Assembly (NCBI GenBank): GCA_963759165.1
Contig: CAVWXK010000002.1
Span: 320,231-384,230 of the forward strand
Reading direction: 5' to 3'
Origin: an uncultured Pseudomonadota bacterium
Lineage (GTDB): Bacteria > Desulfobacterota > Binatia > Binatales > Binataceae
DNA: 64,000 nucleotides
Shown one piece after another: positions 9,908 through 19,633 of the stretch (positions within the stretch are counted from its first letter, which is position 1; each line of letters begins with the position of its first letter). The translations under genes were made by a program, and so were the position numbers. The notes under the pieces were generated by a model. The model saw only the letters and a list, made by a program, of their open reading frames with translations. It was not told the origin of the DNA and made no database searches.

Positions 9908-10865
9908 CGATGTGGCTGTTCTGGCCGGCGCCGGGGCGGACGAATTTTACTGCGGCGTGGTGCCTCGCGAATGGGAATCGCGGTTTGGGCGCTCCACGCT
10001 GAATCGCCGCATGGGAGGAAACCTCGGGAGTTTCGAGGATCTTGAGCGTGCGGTTCAGATGTCACACCATCTGGGCAGGCGGATCTCGGTCGCCGTGAAT
10101 GCCCAAACGTATTCGAACGATCGATGGGACGATCTCCTCACCCTGCTCGCGCGGATCGGCGACAGCGGCGCCGACGCCGTCATCGTTGGAGATCTGGGGC
10201 TTCTCGCCACGCTTTCCAGGTGCCGCCCCCCGGTCCGGATTCATCTGAGTTCCGTGGCCTCCTGCCACAATTCCGAGACCGCGGCGCTCGCCGCCGAACT
10301 GGGCGCCGAGCGCGTGATCCTGCCGCGTCAGGTGACGCTTGCGGAAATCGAAAGGATCGGCCGCCAGGTTCCGGGCCTGGAGTTGGAAGCCTTCATTCTC
10401 AATGACGGATGCGTGTTCGAGGAAGGCTCCTGCCACACGCTTCATTTGCCGCCCGCGCTCGGCGGTCCAATATGTATCGACCGGTTCGGATATGACTATC
10501 GCCGCGATGACGGAAAGCCGCTTTCCGCCGCGGAGCGCGAACGGTTCGATGCCAACGATCAGGCGTATGAGAAATGGCTGTGGTACACGTTCTCCTGTGG
10601 ATTCACCGTAACGGCTGAAGGACTTCCGCATGGGCCATGCGGCCTGTGCGCCATCGCCCGCCTTGAGCGGGCCGGCCTCGCGGCGGTGAAGATCGCGGGC
10701 CGCGACGGTCCGCTCGAGCGGCGCCTGCGCGGCGTCGAGATGGTACGATCGGTGCTCGATCGGGCCGCGAAAGAGCCGGGCGAAGAGGCCGTCGCCGCTT
10801 TTGCGCAGGGCTTGCGGAAAAATCCCGAACTCTGCATCAGCGGCTACATGTGCTATTATAGGTAA
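9876..10865 (+). CDS. Peptidase-U32-family protein, UbiU-like (putative Fe-S)
   Basis: 329 aa with the typical U32 N-terminus MKLVAPISAPDDVAVLAGAGADEFYCG, then GADAVIVGDLGLL, RIHLSS and RVILPRQVTLAEI. Cys cluster DGCVFEEGSCH...PICID...PCGLC, followed by AAVKIAGRD. Overlaps the previous ORF by 32 nt; AGGAG ribosome-binding site. Confidence 0.75.
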   Translation: MKLVAPISAPDDVAVLAGAGADEFYCGVVPREWESRFGRSTLNRRMGGNLGSFEDLERAVQMSHHLGRRISVAVNAQTYSNDRWDDLLTLLARIGDSGADAVIVGDLGLLATLSRCRPPVRIHLSSVASCHNSETAALAAELGAERVILPRQVTLAEIERIGRQVPGLELEAFILNDGCVFEEGSCHTLHLPPALGGPICIDRFGYDYRRDDGKPLSAAERERFDANDQAYEKWLWYTFSCGFTVTAEGLPHGPCGLCAIARLERAGLAAVKIAGRDGPLERRLRGVEMVRSVLDRAAKEPGEEAVAAFAQGLRKNPELCISGYMCYYR

Positions 10866-10872
10866 TTAGCTG

Positions 10873-11190
10873 TGCTCCGCAAAAATTCTTTACCGCGGTA
10901 TTAAGGGCTAAAAACCGAGCTGAAATTTACGAAGCTGTCGCTGGAGGTTGGGCGTGGCATTCTGCGATGCCATGTCCACGGGCAATGTTTGGCTGCGCTT
11001 GATTTCTGTGCTCTTGCTTCTGCTCCGAGATGCCGTCCGTTTCCTGTTACTGGGAACACGCTCGAGCGCGGCACTGAAGGCCGCCGGGGAAAGTGCGGGG
11101 TGGAGGCGTTTCAACAGTTGAAAACTCAAGAGCGAGAAGGCGTTGCCGCCTTGCACTTGACTACTGAGACGGTTGCTCCCGCTGATCCAG
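10873..11190 (+). mobile_element. 5' fragment of an rve-type IS of the same family (terminus plus decayed transposase N-terminus)
   Basis: tgtgctccgcaaaaattct at 10873 matches the inverted termini of the IS at 13744/14959 (tgtgctatgcaaaaattct, tgtcctccgcaaaaattgc). Downstream, MSTGNVWLRLISVLLLLLRDAVRFLLLGTRSSAALKAAGE parallels WLNLFADLLRFLVLGLRSKSSLAAEN of that copy. Confidence 0.55.
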
Positions 11191-11284
11191 AAACTACGTA
11201 GCGATTGGCGAGTGAAGAGAACGAGAAGATGAAAAGACGGAGAGTGGGCCAAATCTAAATATCAAAGTGGGCCAGACCGGATTG

Positions 11285-11598
11285 TCAAAAGCAAGGTCCG
11301 CCACAAATCGCTTGAGCTTGGCGTTCTCTTCGCGCAACTGCCTGAGCTCACGCAACTCGCTCAGGCCCAAGCCCGCGTACTTCTTCTTCCAAACGTAATA
11401 TGTGGCTTCGCTGATGCCGTGCTCACGGCAGATGTCGCTGATCCTCGTGCCGCCTTCCGCCTGGTGCAGCGCCCGCAGAATCTGCTCCTCCGTGTGACCC
11501 CGCTTCGACATCCTGGTCCTCCTTCCTCGCTCTCAGAGGACCACATCAATCGCCGATTCCTCAACTTATCGCTGTCCTAGTTTTCGGGTTTTGGGTCA
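11285..11598 (-). mobile_element. IS3-family left end with truncated OrfA
   Basis: ORF 11194..11511(-) reads MSKRGHTEEQILRALHQAEGGTRISDICREHGISEATYYVWKKKYAGLGLSELRELRQLREENAKLKRFVADL, a typical IS3/IS407-group OrfA. Homology ends ~11285 and there is no OrfB. A TGACCC... terminus lies at 11598. Confidence 0.75.
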
Positions 11599-11715
11599 AT
11601 CGACTACCCCGTCGCCGCTTATTCGTGCCAACTTGTCCAAAACGGTTCTGATGACATAGATTCAAAAACCCAAGCAACGAGTAGCTCGGAAAGACCCATA
11701 GAACCGGAGGAAACA

Positions 11716-11991
11716 ATGGCCAGCGAGTCTAAGGTTCGAGTCATCCGTGTCGGCGTCATCGCAATGGTGTTTGCGGTGGGCTTTCTTTGCGGCTCCGTCA
11801 CTCAGCATCGGGCTGAGGCCCAGTTAGGGGATCTCGGAAAACAAGCAATGGAAAAAGCCGGCGAGTCGGGCGGCCCGCTGGGATCTGCCGTGAAGCTCGG
11901 CCAAGCGATTACCGACATGCAGCAACACGTAGACGGTCTGCAAAAGAACATCGAGGTCCTTAAGACCGTGAAAGCCGGCCTCGGAGGATAG
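11716..11991 (+). CDS. Hypothetical small exported or membrane-anchored protein
   Basis: 91 aa ORF with an N-terminal hydrophobic segment (VIRVGVIAMVFAVGFLCGSV) and GGAGG upstream. No family recognised. Confidence 0.4.
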   Translation: MASESKVRVIRVGVIAMVFAVGFLCGSVTQHRAEAQLGDLGKQAMEKAGESGGPLGSAVKLGQAITDMQQHVDGLQKNIEVLKTVKAGLGG

Positions 11992-12003
11992 AACGCGCAG
12001 CTT

Positions 12004-12186
12004 GACGGGACTGCGCGCGGCGAACTCGTCACGCTAATCGATGACTACCGCGGCGGCATGGCGCCATTAGTCGTGCCGATCACTCTTTTTCGGCACTACG
12101 TCCGGGGGTTCAACGTCGCCTACTTACGCGGGCAGGTCTATCTCGAGCCACATCCGAAGGAGCTGCTGCTCCGTAACCACGTCTGA
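12004..12186 (+). pseudogene. C-terminal fragment of a DUF1722 (YbgA-like) protein
   Basis: Translation LIDDYRGGMAPLVVPITLFRHYVRGFNVAYLRGQVYLEPHPKELLLRNHV-stop matches the conserved DUF1722 C-terminus. No N-terminal part or start codon. Confidence 0.55.
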
Positions 12187-12213
12187 AGTGTTGGTGCATC
12201 GCACCGAGGACGA

Positions 12214-13709
12214 ATGAAAGGTTCGGTTTCAAACCCGCCCCTTGTACTACTCACCGGCGCGACCGGCTACGTGGGCGGCCGTTTGCTGGGGGCGCTCCAT
12301 CACAAGGGAGTGCGCGTGCGATGCCTCGCACGGCGACCGGAGTATTTGCGGGCTCGCGGCGGCGCAAATGCCGAATTGATTCGCGGCGATGTGCTGGATC
12401 CGGGTAGTCTCAAATCCGCTTTCGAAGGCGTTTCGACCGCTTACTACCTGATCCATTCGATGGGGGCGACGGAATCCTTCGAAGAAAAAGATCGGCAGGG
12501 TGCGAGCAACTTCGCAGAAGCGGCGCGTGCCGCCGGAGTCCGTCGGATCATTTACCTTGGCGGCCTCGGCGACAACGGCGGCGACCTCTCGCCGCATCTG
12601 CGAAGCCGCCACGAGGTGGGCGAGGTACTGCGCCGGCGGGCGTACAAGTGATCGAGTTTCGTGCGTCGGTCATCATCGGGTCCGGCAGCTTGTCGTTTGA
12701 AATGGTCCGGGCGCTGGTTGAGCGACTGCCGATCATGATCACGCCCAAGTGGGTCGCGATAAAGTCTCAGCCAATCGCTATCGGCGACATGATCGATTAC
12801 CTGCTTGCGGCACTGAACCTCGAGGTCGAGGGCAACCCTATCTACGAAATCGGCGGCGCCGACATCGTCTCCTATGGGGACATCATGCGCGAGTATTCGC
12901 GCCAGCGTGGTCTGCGACGGCTGATGATTCCGGTGCCGGTCCTCACTCCGCGGCTCTCGAGCCTGTGGCTTGGGCTGGTGACGCCGCTTTATGCGCGAGT
13001 GGGCCGCATGCTGATCGACAGCATTATCCATCCGACGGTCGTGCGTGACGATGCCGCGCTGAAGAAGTTCTCGATTCGGCCGAAGGGATTGCGCGAAGCA
13101 ATAATGCTGGCGCTGCGCAACGAAGATATCGGTTACGGAGCGACGAAATGGTCCGATGCGCTGTCATCCGCGGGCGATCCGCGCGACTGGGGCGGCGTGA
13201 GATTCGGCAACCGCCTCGTCGATTCGCGCGTCGCGCATGTCGACGTACCGCCGGAGCGGGCGTTTGCACCGATTCGCCGAATCGGCGGTGCAACCGGTTG
13301 GTTTTACGCTAACTGGCTGTGGCGAGTGCGCGGAATGCTGGATTTGCTGGTTGGCGGAGTCGGGATGCGCCGGGGACGGCGCGATCCGGAAGTATTGGAA
13401 GTAGGTGACACGATCGACTGCTGGCGTGTCGAGACGTTTGTGCCGACGCGCCAACTTCGGCTCTCTAGCGAGATGCGTTTACCGGGACGGGCATGGCTCG
13501 ATTTCGAGGTCGAGTCCGACGGTTCGGGTTCCACCATTCGGCAAACAGCAATCTTCGACCCCATCGGACTTCCGGGACTTGCATACTGGTACGGGATCTA
13601 TCCGCTGCATCAGATCGTATTCGCCGGTATGTTGCGCGGAATCGCGCGCGCCGCAATCGCCACTGCCTCCGCGGAGCGGCTCTCTCAGCACCCGATGCAA
13701 GTGGATTGA
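12214..13709 (+). pseudogene. NmrA/SDR-type NAD(P)-binding protein fused to DUF2867, interrupted by a -1 frame change near 12631..12641
   Basis: ORF 12214..12651 has LLTGATGYVGGRL (Rossmann motif). ORF 12648..13709 continues IEFRASVIIGSGSLSFEMVR... and ends with a DUF2867-like domain. The halves join as GEVLRR/AGVQVIEFRAS if one G is added in the run cgccggcggg. Confidence 0.7.
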
Positions 13710-13743
13710 TCCTGGCATTCTGTCAATGCTGTAAATCAGTACC

Positions 13744-14959
13744 TGTGCTATGCAAAAATTCTGCGACACTCATGCAGCGTGCGCCATGAGGCGGTACTCA
13801 TGGTGAAGTCCGTTCAGGACGGAGCGAGCCACAATTCGGCTTGTTCGGTCGAAACGATGCCTATGGCGCTGCAAATCGCACGGGGAAATTTGGCGGCGGA
13901 TCGGGAAGTGCCTGGCCCCAAGGAAGAGTGTGGTCTGCCTCGGTTATAATGCGGCGACCACGACCATAGGGTTTTCCGAAGGTGCTCCTCCGTCAACGGG
14001 ACAATCCAATCCAGACACTCACGCCGTAGTGTCCCGATTAGCCTTTCGCAAAGCGAATTCGCTTTCGGGCTCCGAACTGGTGTTTTGATGACTTCAAGGC
14101 CGAGATCAGCCACGGAAACATCGAATCCAGTCGAAAAGATCGCGTCGCGGTCATGGATGATAAACCGGTACGCGTGGTCTGAAGGAATGGCCTCCCGCAG
14201 TTGTTGGAGGGTCCAGGCTGCGGTGGGATGGGCCGTCACATTGAGGTGAATAATCCGGCGTGAGCCATGTTCCATGACCACAAACAGATACAGAATCCGA
14301 AAAGTGGCGGTCACTACGACGCAGAAATCACAGGCGATGATGGCACGGGCGTGATTCTTGAGAAAGGTTGACCAACGTTGATCACCGCGAGGTTTCCCAG
14401 CCGGTGCGGCCGGCAAATTCGGCAAATACTTACGGATCGTGCGCGGCGACACGCGCAGACCGAGTTTCAGCAGCAACTCGTTTGCAATTCGCTCCTCGCC
14501 CCACGAGGGGTTCTCACAAGCCATCTTGCGGATCAGACGTTGGAGTTCCGGCGGAATCCGCGGCCGGCCGGATTGGCATTTCCAACGCCAGAAAAGTTGG
14601 AAGCCCTTGCGGTGCCAGCCGATGAAGGTTTTGGGCGTCACCCCACCAAGGCGTTTCGCCAATCGAACCAGCGACTGAGCCACACGAGAGTCAAGCGTGT
14701 TGGATTGTCGGTCCGTCGTGGCTTGATTTTGCGTTCTTGGTAGAAGGCGAGCTGCTTGCGTAAGAAGAGATTCTCGGCCGCGAGCGAGCTTTTAGATCGT
14801 AAGCCGAGGACCAGAAAGCGAAGGAGATCGGCGAACAGGTTAAGCCAACACAGCCAGGACTTCATGATGGACCGATGTCCTTTGTTGTCGACGTTCTCCC
14901 CTTAAATCGATCATAATTTCGCGCGGTTCAAGCTGAGGCGGCAATTTTTGCGGAGGACA
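13744..14959 (-). mobile_element. rve-type IS (copy 4) with recognisable inverted termini
   Basis: Termini are tgtgctatgcaaaaattctg (13744) and the reverse complement of ggcaatttttgcggaggaca (to 14959), which reads tgtcctccgcaaaaattgcc. They enclose the transposase ORFs. No clear target duplication seen. Confidence 0.75.
13814..14865 (-). pseudogene. rve-domain transposase, frameshifted in a G/C run (14641..14644)
   Basis: The N-terminal ORF 14638..14865 (...LVWLSRWFDWRNALVG-stop) and ORF 13814..14683 (...VTPKTFIGWHRKGFQLFWRWK...SPKANSLCERLIGTLRRE) join if GGGG is read as GGGGG. Confidence 0.8.
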
Positions 14960-15099
14960 ATCGCAGGGACTGAAAAAGCCGGACAAGTCGATTTCCTGGT
15001 CTTGGGTGTCAAGGCCGGGATCACAGGCCGGCCGCGGGAAACGTGACCTGGAGGTAAATAGGAGATCACGCCATAACGGAAACGGCGGTTACTCTCGTA

Positions 15100-18000
15100 C
15101 TACCGGCGCGCGCCTCCGACCGCAGGTCTGTCTTCGCCAGCCGTAGACGCGGGAACCCTTCCAGAGGGCTTCTCTAACGGCACCAGGCGCTGGCCGGTCA
15201 GCCGACGGATCACGGTATAGAAGACAGGGGTAAGGAACACTCCGAAGAATGTCACGCCGATCATGCCGAAGAACAGAACCGTGCCGAGAGCCTGTCTCAT
15301 TTCGGCGCCGGCGCCGGTGGCGATAATCAGCGGGATCACGCCGAAAATAAACGCGAAGCTCGTCATGAGGATCGGTCGCAGACGCAGACGTGCGGCTTCG
15401 ATCGCGGCCTCCGCCGCCTTCATGCCGCGGTTATGTTCCTGCTGCTGTTTGGCGAATTCGACGATCAGCACGGCGTTCTTCACACTCATTCCCGCCAGCA
15501 CCACGAAGCCGATCTGGGTGAAGATGTTGTTGTCCAGGTGCCGGCCCCAGACCGCGGTAATGCCGCACAGCAGGCACATGGGGACGATCAGGATGATCGC
15601 CGTCGAAAGCGCGAAGCTCTCGTATTCCGCCGAGTGCGTGAGCCACACAAACAGCATGCAGAGCGGGAATATAAGGAACGCCAGGCCGCCGGCGGCCTTC
15701 TCCTGGAAGGCCAAATCCGTCCACTCGTAACTGTATTGTTTGGGGAGCTCCCGATCGGCGACCTCTTCCATAGCGGCGAGGGCCTGGCCGCTGCTGTAGC
15801 CGGGTGCGGAGGCGCCGATGATGCTGGCGGAGCTGTACAAATCGTATCTTTGGATCCGGTCCGGACCGACGATATCCTTCAGCTCGGATATCGCGCCCAG
15901 CGGAACCATCTGACCCGCCGCATTGCGGGTCTTGAGCATGGCCACCTGTGCGACGGTGGCGCGGAACGGAGCGTCGGCCTGCGCCATCACGTGCCACGTG
16001 CGACCTAGATAGTTGAAATCGTTGATGTATAAGCCTCCGAGGTAGACCTGCAGCGCCTGGAAAACGTCGGTGACCGCCACATTCTGCTTCTTGGCTTTGA
16101 CGCGATCCACGTTGACGTAAATCTGCGGGACGCTGGCGCGGAAGGTGGAGAACAACATGCTCAACTCGGGGCGACTGCGGGCGGCATCGATCAGATGCCG
16201 GGTAGCCTGCTCGATCTGCTGCGGCGTGGCGCCGCCGGAACGGTCTTCAACCTGCATCGTGAAGCCGCCGGCGTTGCCGATCCCGTTGACTGCCGGCGGG
16301 AGCAGCACAATCGCCTGGCCTTCTTCCACCTTGCTGAATTGTTGATAGAGCCGGTTCGCGATCGCCGCGGCGGTCATATCGGGCTTGCCCGCGCGCTCCC
16401 TGAACGGCGTTAAGTGCAGGAATACCAGCCCGGCCGCGGATGAGTTGGAGCGGGTCAGGATGGAGAACCCGGAAACCGCGAACGCGTCCTCAATTCCCCT
16501 GGTCTTCAACGCCAGGTCAGACAGTCGCGTCACCGCCGCGTCGGTCCGCTCGATCGACGATGCGTCGGGCATCTGAACGTTCACGATGACATAGCCCTGG
16601 TCCTGCGTCGGAATGAAACCGGTAGGCACGATTCCGAACATACCGTACGCCAGAAGCACCAGGCCGAAATAAACAATCAGCGCGACGCCCGCGTAGCGGA
16701 CCACGTGGCGCAGCGACTTGGCGTACCACCGGTTGGTCAGATCGAAGCCCTTGTTGAACAGCCGAAAAAACCAGCCGAGCGTGAAATCGAGCACCCTCGT
16801 CAGCCAGTCCTGTTTGGCGTCGTGGGGCCTGAGCAGCAGCGCGGAAAGCGCCGGACTGAGGGTCAGCGAGTTAAAAGCCGAGAGCAGGGTCGAGAACGCG
16901 ATCGTCAGCGCGAACTGCTGATAGAACCGGCCGGTGATACCCGGAATGAAGGCCACGGGAATGAACACCGCGGAGAGGCCGAAAGCGATGGCGATGACGG
17001 CCGGCGTAACCTCGTCCATCGCGCGAAACGCCGCGTCGCGCGGGCTCAGGCCCACCTCGAGCCAACGCTGAACGTTCTCGACCACGACGATCGCGTCGTC
17101 CACCACGATCCCGATGGCCAGCACCAGCCCGAACAGCGAAAGCATGTTCAGGGAGAATCCGACAAGCCACATGACCGCGAAGGTGCCGATCAGCGACACC
17201 GGGATCGCCAGGATCGGCACCAGCGAAGCTCGCCAGTTCTGCAGGAACACGAGCACCACCAGCGCCACCAAACTGACGGCTATAAGCAGCGTCTTGACCA
17301 GGTCCTTGATGCTTTCACGGACAAAAGGCGTGGTGTCGTGCGCGACGGAGTAATCAATGCCTGGGGGAAAGCGCTTCTTGAGCTCCTTCATCTTGGCGTA
17401 GATCACGTCGGCGGTGTTGATCGCATTGGTGCCCGGTAGCTGGAAAACCGCCAGCCCGACGGTGGGATGTCCGTCGTAATTAACGGTGGTGCTGTAGTCG
17501 GCGGCGCCGAGCTCGACGCGGCCGACCTCTTTCAGCCTCGTGATGCGACCGTCGCTGCCCACCTTGACCACGATGTCGCCGAACTCGGACGGATCGGTGA
17601 GCCGGCCCTGCGCATTCAACGTGTACTGGAAAGCGGCGGTCTGCCTGGGGAGCGGCGGCCCGCCGACCATTCCCGCCGCCACCTGGATGTTTTGCTCTTT
17701 GACCGCGTTGACGACATCGCCCGCGGTCATGCTTCGCACCGCGAGCTTGCCGGGATCGAGCCACAACCGCATCGAATAGTCGCGTACGCCGAAGATCGTG
17801 ATGTCGCCGACGCCCGGCAGCCGGGCAATCTCGTCCTTGAGCTCCAGGGTCACGTAGTTGCTGATAAACAACGCATCGTGCGACCCGTCGGGCGAGTATA
17901 AGGCGATCGCCAGCGTAATGTCCGGCGACGCCTTCTTCACCGTGATTCCCAGCTGCTGCACCTCCACCGGAAGTTGCGGCTGGGCGATAGCCACCCGGTT

Positions 18001-18330
18001 CTGCACCTGCACCTGGGCCACATCGAGGTTCGTGCCGACCTTGAACGTCACCGTCAGGTTCAGGTTCCCGGTGTTGGTCGACTGGCTGGACATGTAAAGC
18101 ATATTCTCCACGCCGTTAATCTGTTCTTCGATCGGCGTGGCGACGGTCTTCGCGACGGTTTCGGCGTTGGCGCCCGGGTAGGCGGCGCTGACGGTAACGG
18201 TCGGCGGCGCGATCTGCGGGTATTGGGCGATCGGCAGAGTGAACATCGCGATCGAGCCAGCGATGATCGCGACAATCGAAAGGACGATCGCGAAGACCGG
18301 CCGGTCAATAAAAAAATGTGCGATCTTCAC
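15100..18330 (-). CDS. RND (HAE1, AcrB/MexB-like) multidrug efflux permease
   Basis: 1076 aa starting MKIAHFFIDRPVFAIVLSIV, with a 12-TM layout, two large periplasmic loops and the block VVDDAIVVVENV. Confidence 0.95.
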   Translation of the reverse strand: MKIAHFFIDRPVFAIVLSIVAIIAGSIAMFTLPIAQYPQIAPPTVTVSAAYPGANAETVAKTVATPIEEQINGVENMLYMSSQSTNTGNLNLTVTFKVGTNLDVAQVQVQNRVAIAQPQLPVEVQQLGITVKKASPDITLAIALYSPDGSHDALFISNYVTLELKDEIARLPGVGDITIFGVRDYSMRLWLDPGKLAVRSMTAGDVVNAVKEQNIQVAAGMVGGPPLPRQTAAFQYTLNAQGRLTDPSEFGDIVVKVGSDGRITRLKEVGRVELGAADYSTTVNYDGHPTVGLAVFQLPGTNAINTADVIYAKMKELKKRFPPGIDYSVAHDTTPFVRESIKDLVKTLLIAVSLVALVVLVFLQNWRASLVPILAIPVSLIGTFAVMWLVGFSLNMLSLFGLVLAIGIVVDDAIVVVENVQRWLEVGLSPRDAAFRAMDEVTPAVIAIAFGLSAVFIPVAFIPGITGRFYQQFALTIAFSTLLSAFNSLTLSPALSALLLRPHDAKQDWLTRVLDFTLGWFFRLFNKGFDLTNRWYAKSLRHVVRYAGVALIVYFGLVLLAYGMFGIVPTGFIPTQDQGYVIVNVQMPDASSIERTDAAVTRLSDLALKTRGIEDAFAVSGFSILTRSNSSAAGLVFLHLTPFRERAGKPDMTAAAIANRLYQQFSKVEEGQAIVLLPPAVNGIGNAGGFTMQVEDRSGGATPQQIEQATRHLIDAARSRPELSMLFSTFRASVPQIYVNVDRVKAKKQNVAVTDVFQALQVYLGGLYINDFNYLGRTWHVMAQADAPFRATVAQVAMLKTRNAAGQMVPLGAISELKDIVGPDRIQRYDLYSSASIIGASAPGYSSGQALAAMEEVADRELPKQYSYEWTDLAFQEKAAGGLAFLIFPLCMLFVWLTHSAEYESFALSTAIILIVPMCLLCGITAVWGRHLDNNIFTQIGFVVLAGMSVKNAVLIVEFAKQQQEHNRGMKAAEAAIEAARLRLRPILMTSFAFIFGVIPLIIATGAGAEMRQALGTVLFFGMIGVTFFGVFLTPVFYTVIRRLTGQRLVPLEKPSGRVPASTAGEDRPAVGGARR

Positions 18331-19595
18331 CGAGGCGCTTCCGCTGACGGTCGCGAAACGGACTGAGCGGCGGTCCGCATCCCGGGCGGCGCCTGCGTAG
18401 TCGGCGGCCCGGCCGCGATGCTCTCCAGCGCGTCCAGCGATTCGGTGGGAACCGGAACCTCATGCGGGTCGACTTTCGCGCCCGGTCTCGCCGACAGCAT
18501 TCCGTTGACGATAACCCTCTCGCCCGGTTTCAGCCCGTCAGTAATCGATCGCAGAGAGCCGAATAGCGGGCCCAATCTGACCGGCCGCTGCCCCACGACG
18601 TCGTCGGTTCCGACAATCAGGAGGTATCGCTCGTTCTGGTCGGTGTTCACCGCCGCATCCGGAATCAGCAGCGCCTGGTAACGTCCACTGGCCGGGATAC
18701 GCGTGAGGGCGAAGAGTCCGGGGGTCAGCAAGGTCGTGGGGTTGGGGAACACGCAACGGATCTGCACCGTTCCGGTATTCACGTCTACCTGATTGTCAAC
18801 AAAGTCGATCACGCCTTGGCGCGGAAAATTCGTCTCGTCTTCAAGTTGCAGAAAACAGGCGACGTTTGCTCCCGCAAGGTTGGCCTTCTTCTCCTGCAGG
18901 GCCAGCTCCCGATAACGCAGGGCCGCGCCTTCGGGCACATTGATGTAGCAATAGAGCGGATCGATCGAGACGATGGTGGTCAGGGCCGTGGCCTGTCCGG
19001 AGCCGCTGTTGACCAGGTTCCCTGCCGTCACGTTCATGCGGCTGACGCGGCCCGTGATCGGAGCCCTCACCTCAGTCCATTCGAGATTAAGCCGGGAGGT
19101 CTCCAGGGACGCCTCGGCAGCATCCAGCGACGCGTCCGCCTGCTCGTAAGAGGCTTTGGTGCTGTCATAATCCGCCCGTGCAATCACTCGGGCCTTAAGG
19201 AGCACGGTGGAGCGCTCGAAGTCAGCCTTCGTTCGGTCCGCCATCGCCTTGGCCTGGGCCACTGCGGCTTTCTTGTTGTCGAGGTCGGCCTGGAACGGGC
19301 GCGGGTCGATCTTGAACAGCAAGTCGCCCGCGTGGACGATCGCGCCCTCCTGGAAAGGGGCCTCTTCGATAAGTCCGCTGACCCGCGCATTAACAGTGAC
19401 CGTTTTGGGAGACGAGAGATATCCGCTGTATTGATCCCAGCGCACCACATCCCGCTGAAGCGGTTGGCTGACCGTGACCGTCGGCGGCGGCGGCGCCTGC
19501 GGCGCAATCGCTCGTTTGCAGCCCGGAAGAAGCGCCAATACCAATCCTGCGAGCGCCGTCGCCCGTTGAGAGCGGCGCAACCGAATACGATTCAT
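18327..19595 (-). CDS. RND periplasmic adaptor (membrane fusion protein) lipoprotein
   Basis: 422 aa with lipobox LLPGC and coiled-coil hairpin plus barrel segments typical of AcrA/MexA. 4-nt overlap with the RND gene. Confidence 0.9.
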   Translation of the reverse strand: MNRIRLRRSQRATALAGLVLALLPGCKRAIAPQAPPPPTVTVSQPLQRDVVRWDQYSGYLSSPKTVTVNARVSGLIEEAPFQEGAIVHAGDLLFKIDPRPFQADLDNKKAAVAQAKAMADRTKADFERSTVLLKARVIARADYDSTKASYEQADASLDAAEASLETSRLNLEWTEVRAPITGRVSRMNVTAGNLVNSGSGQATALTTIVSIDPLYCYINVPEGAALRYRELALQEKKANLAGANVACFLQLEDETNFPRQGVIDFVDNQVDVNTGTVQIRCVFPNPTTLLTPGLFALTRIPASGRYQALLIPDAAVNTDQNERYLLIVGTDDVVGQRPVRLGPLFGSLRSITDGLKPGERVIVNGMLSARPGAKVDPHEVPVPTESLDALESIAAGPPTTQAPPGMRTAAQSVSRPSAEAPR

Positions 19596-19633
19596 CCTAC
19601 TACTTCTACCTCTGATCGCTTATGGCCGCGAGT

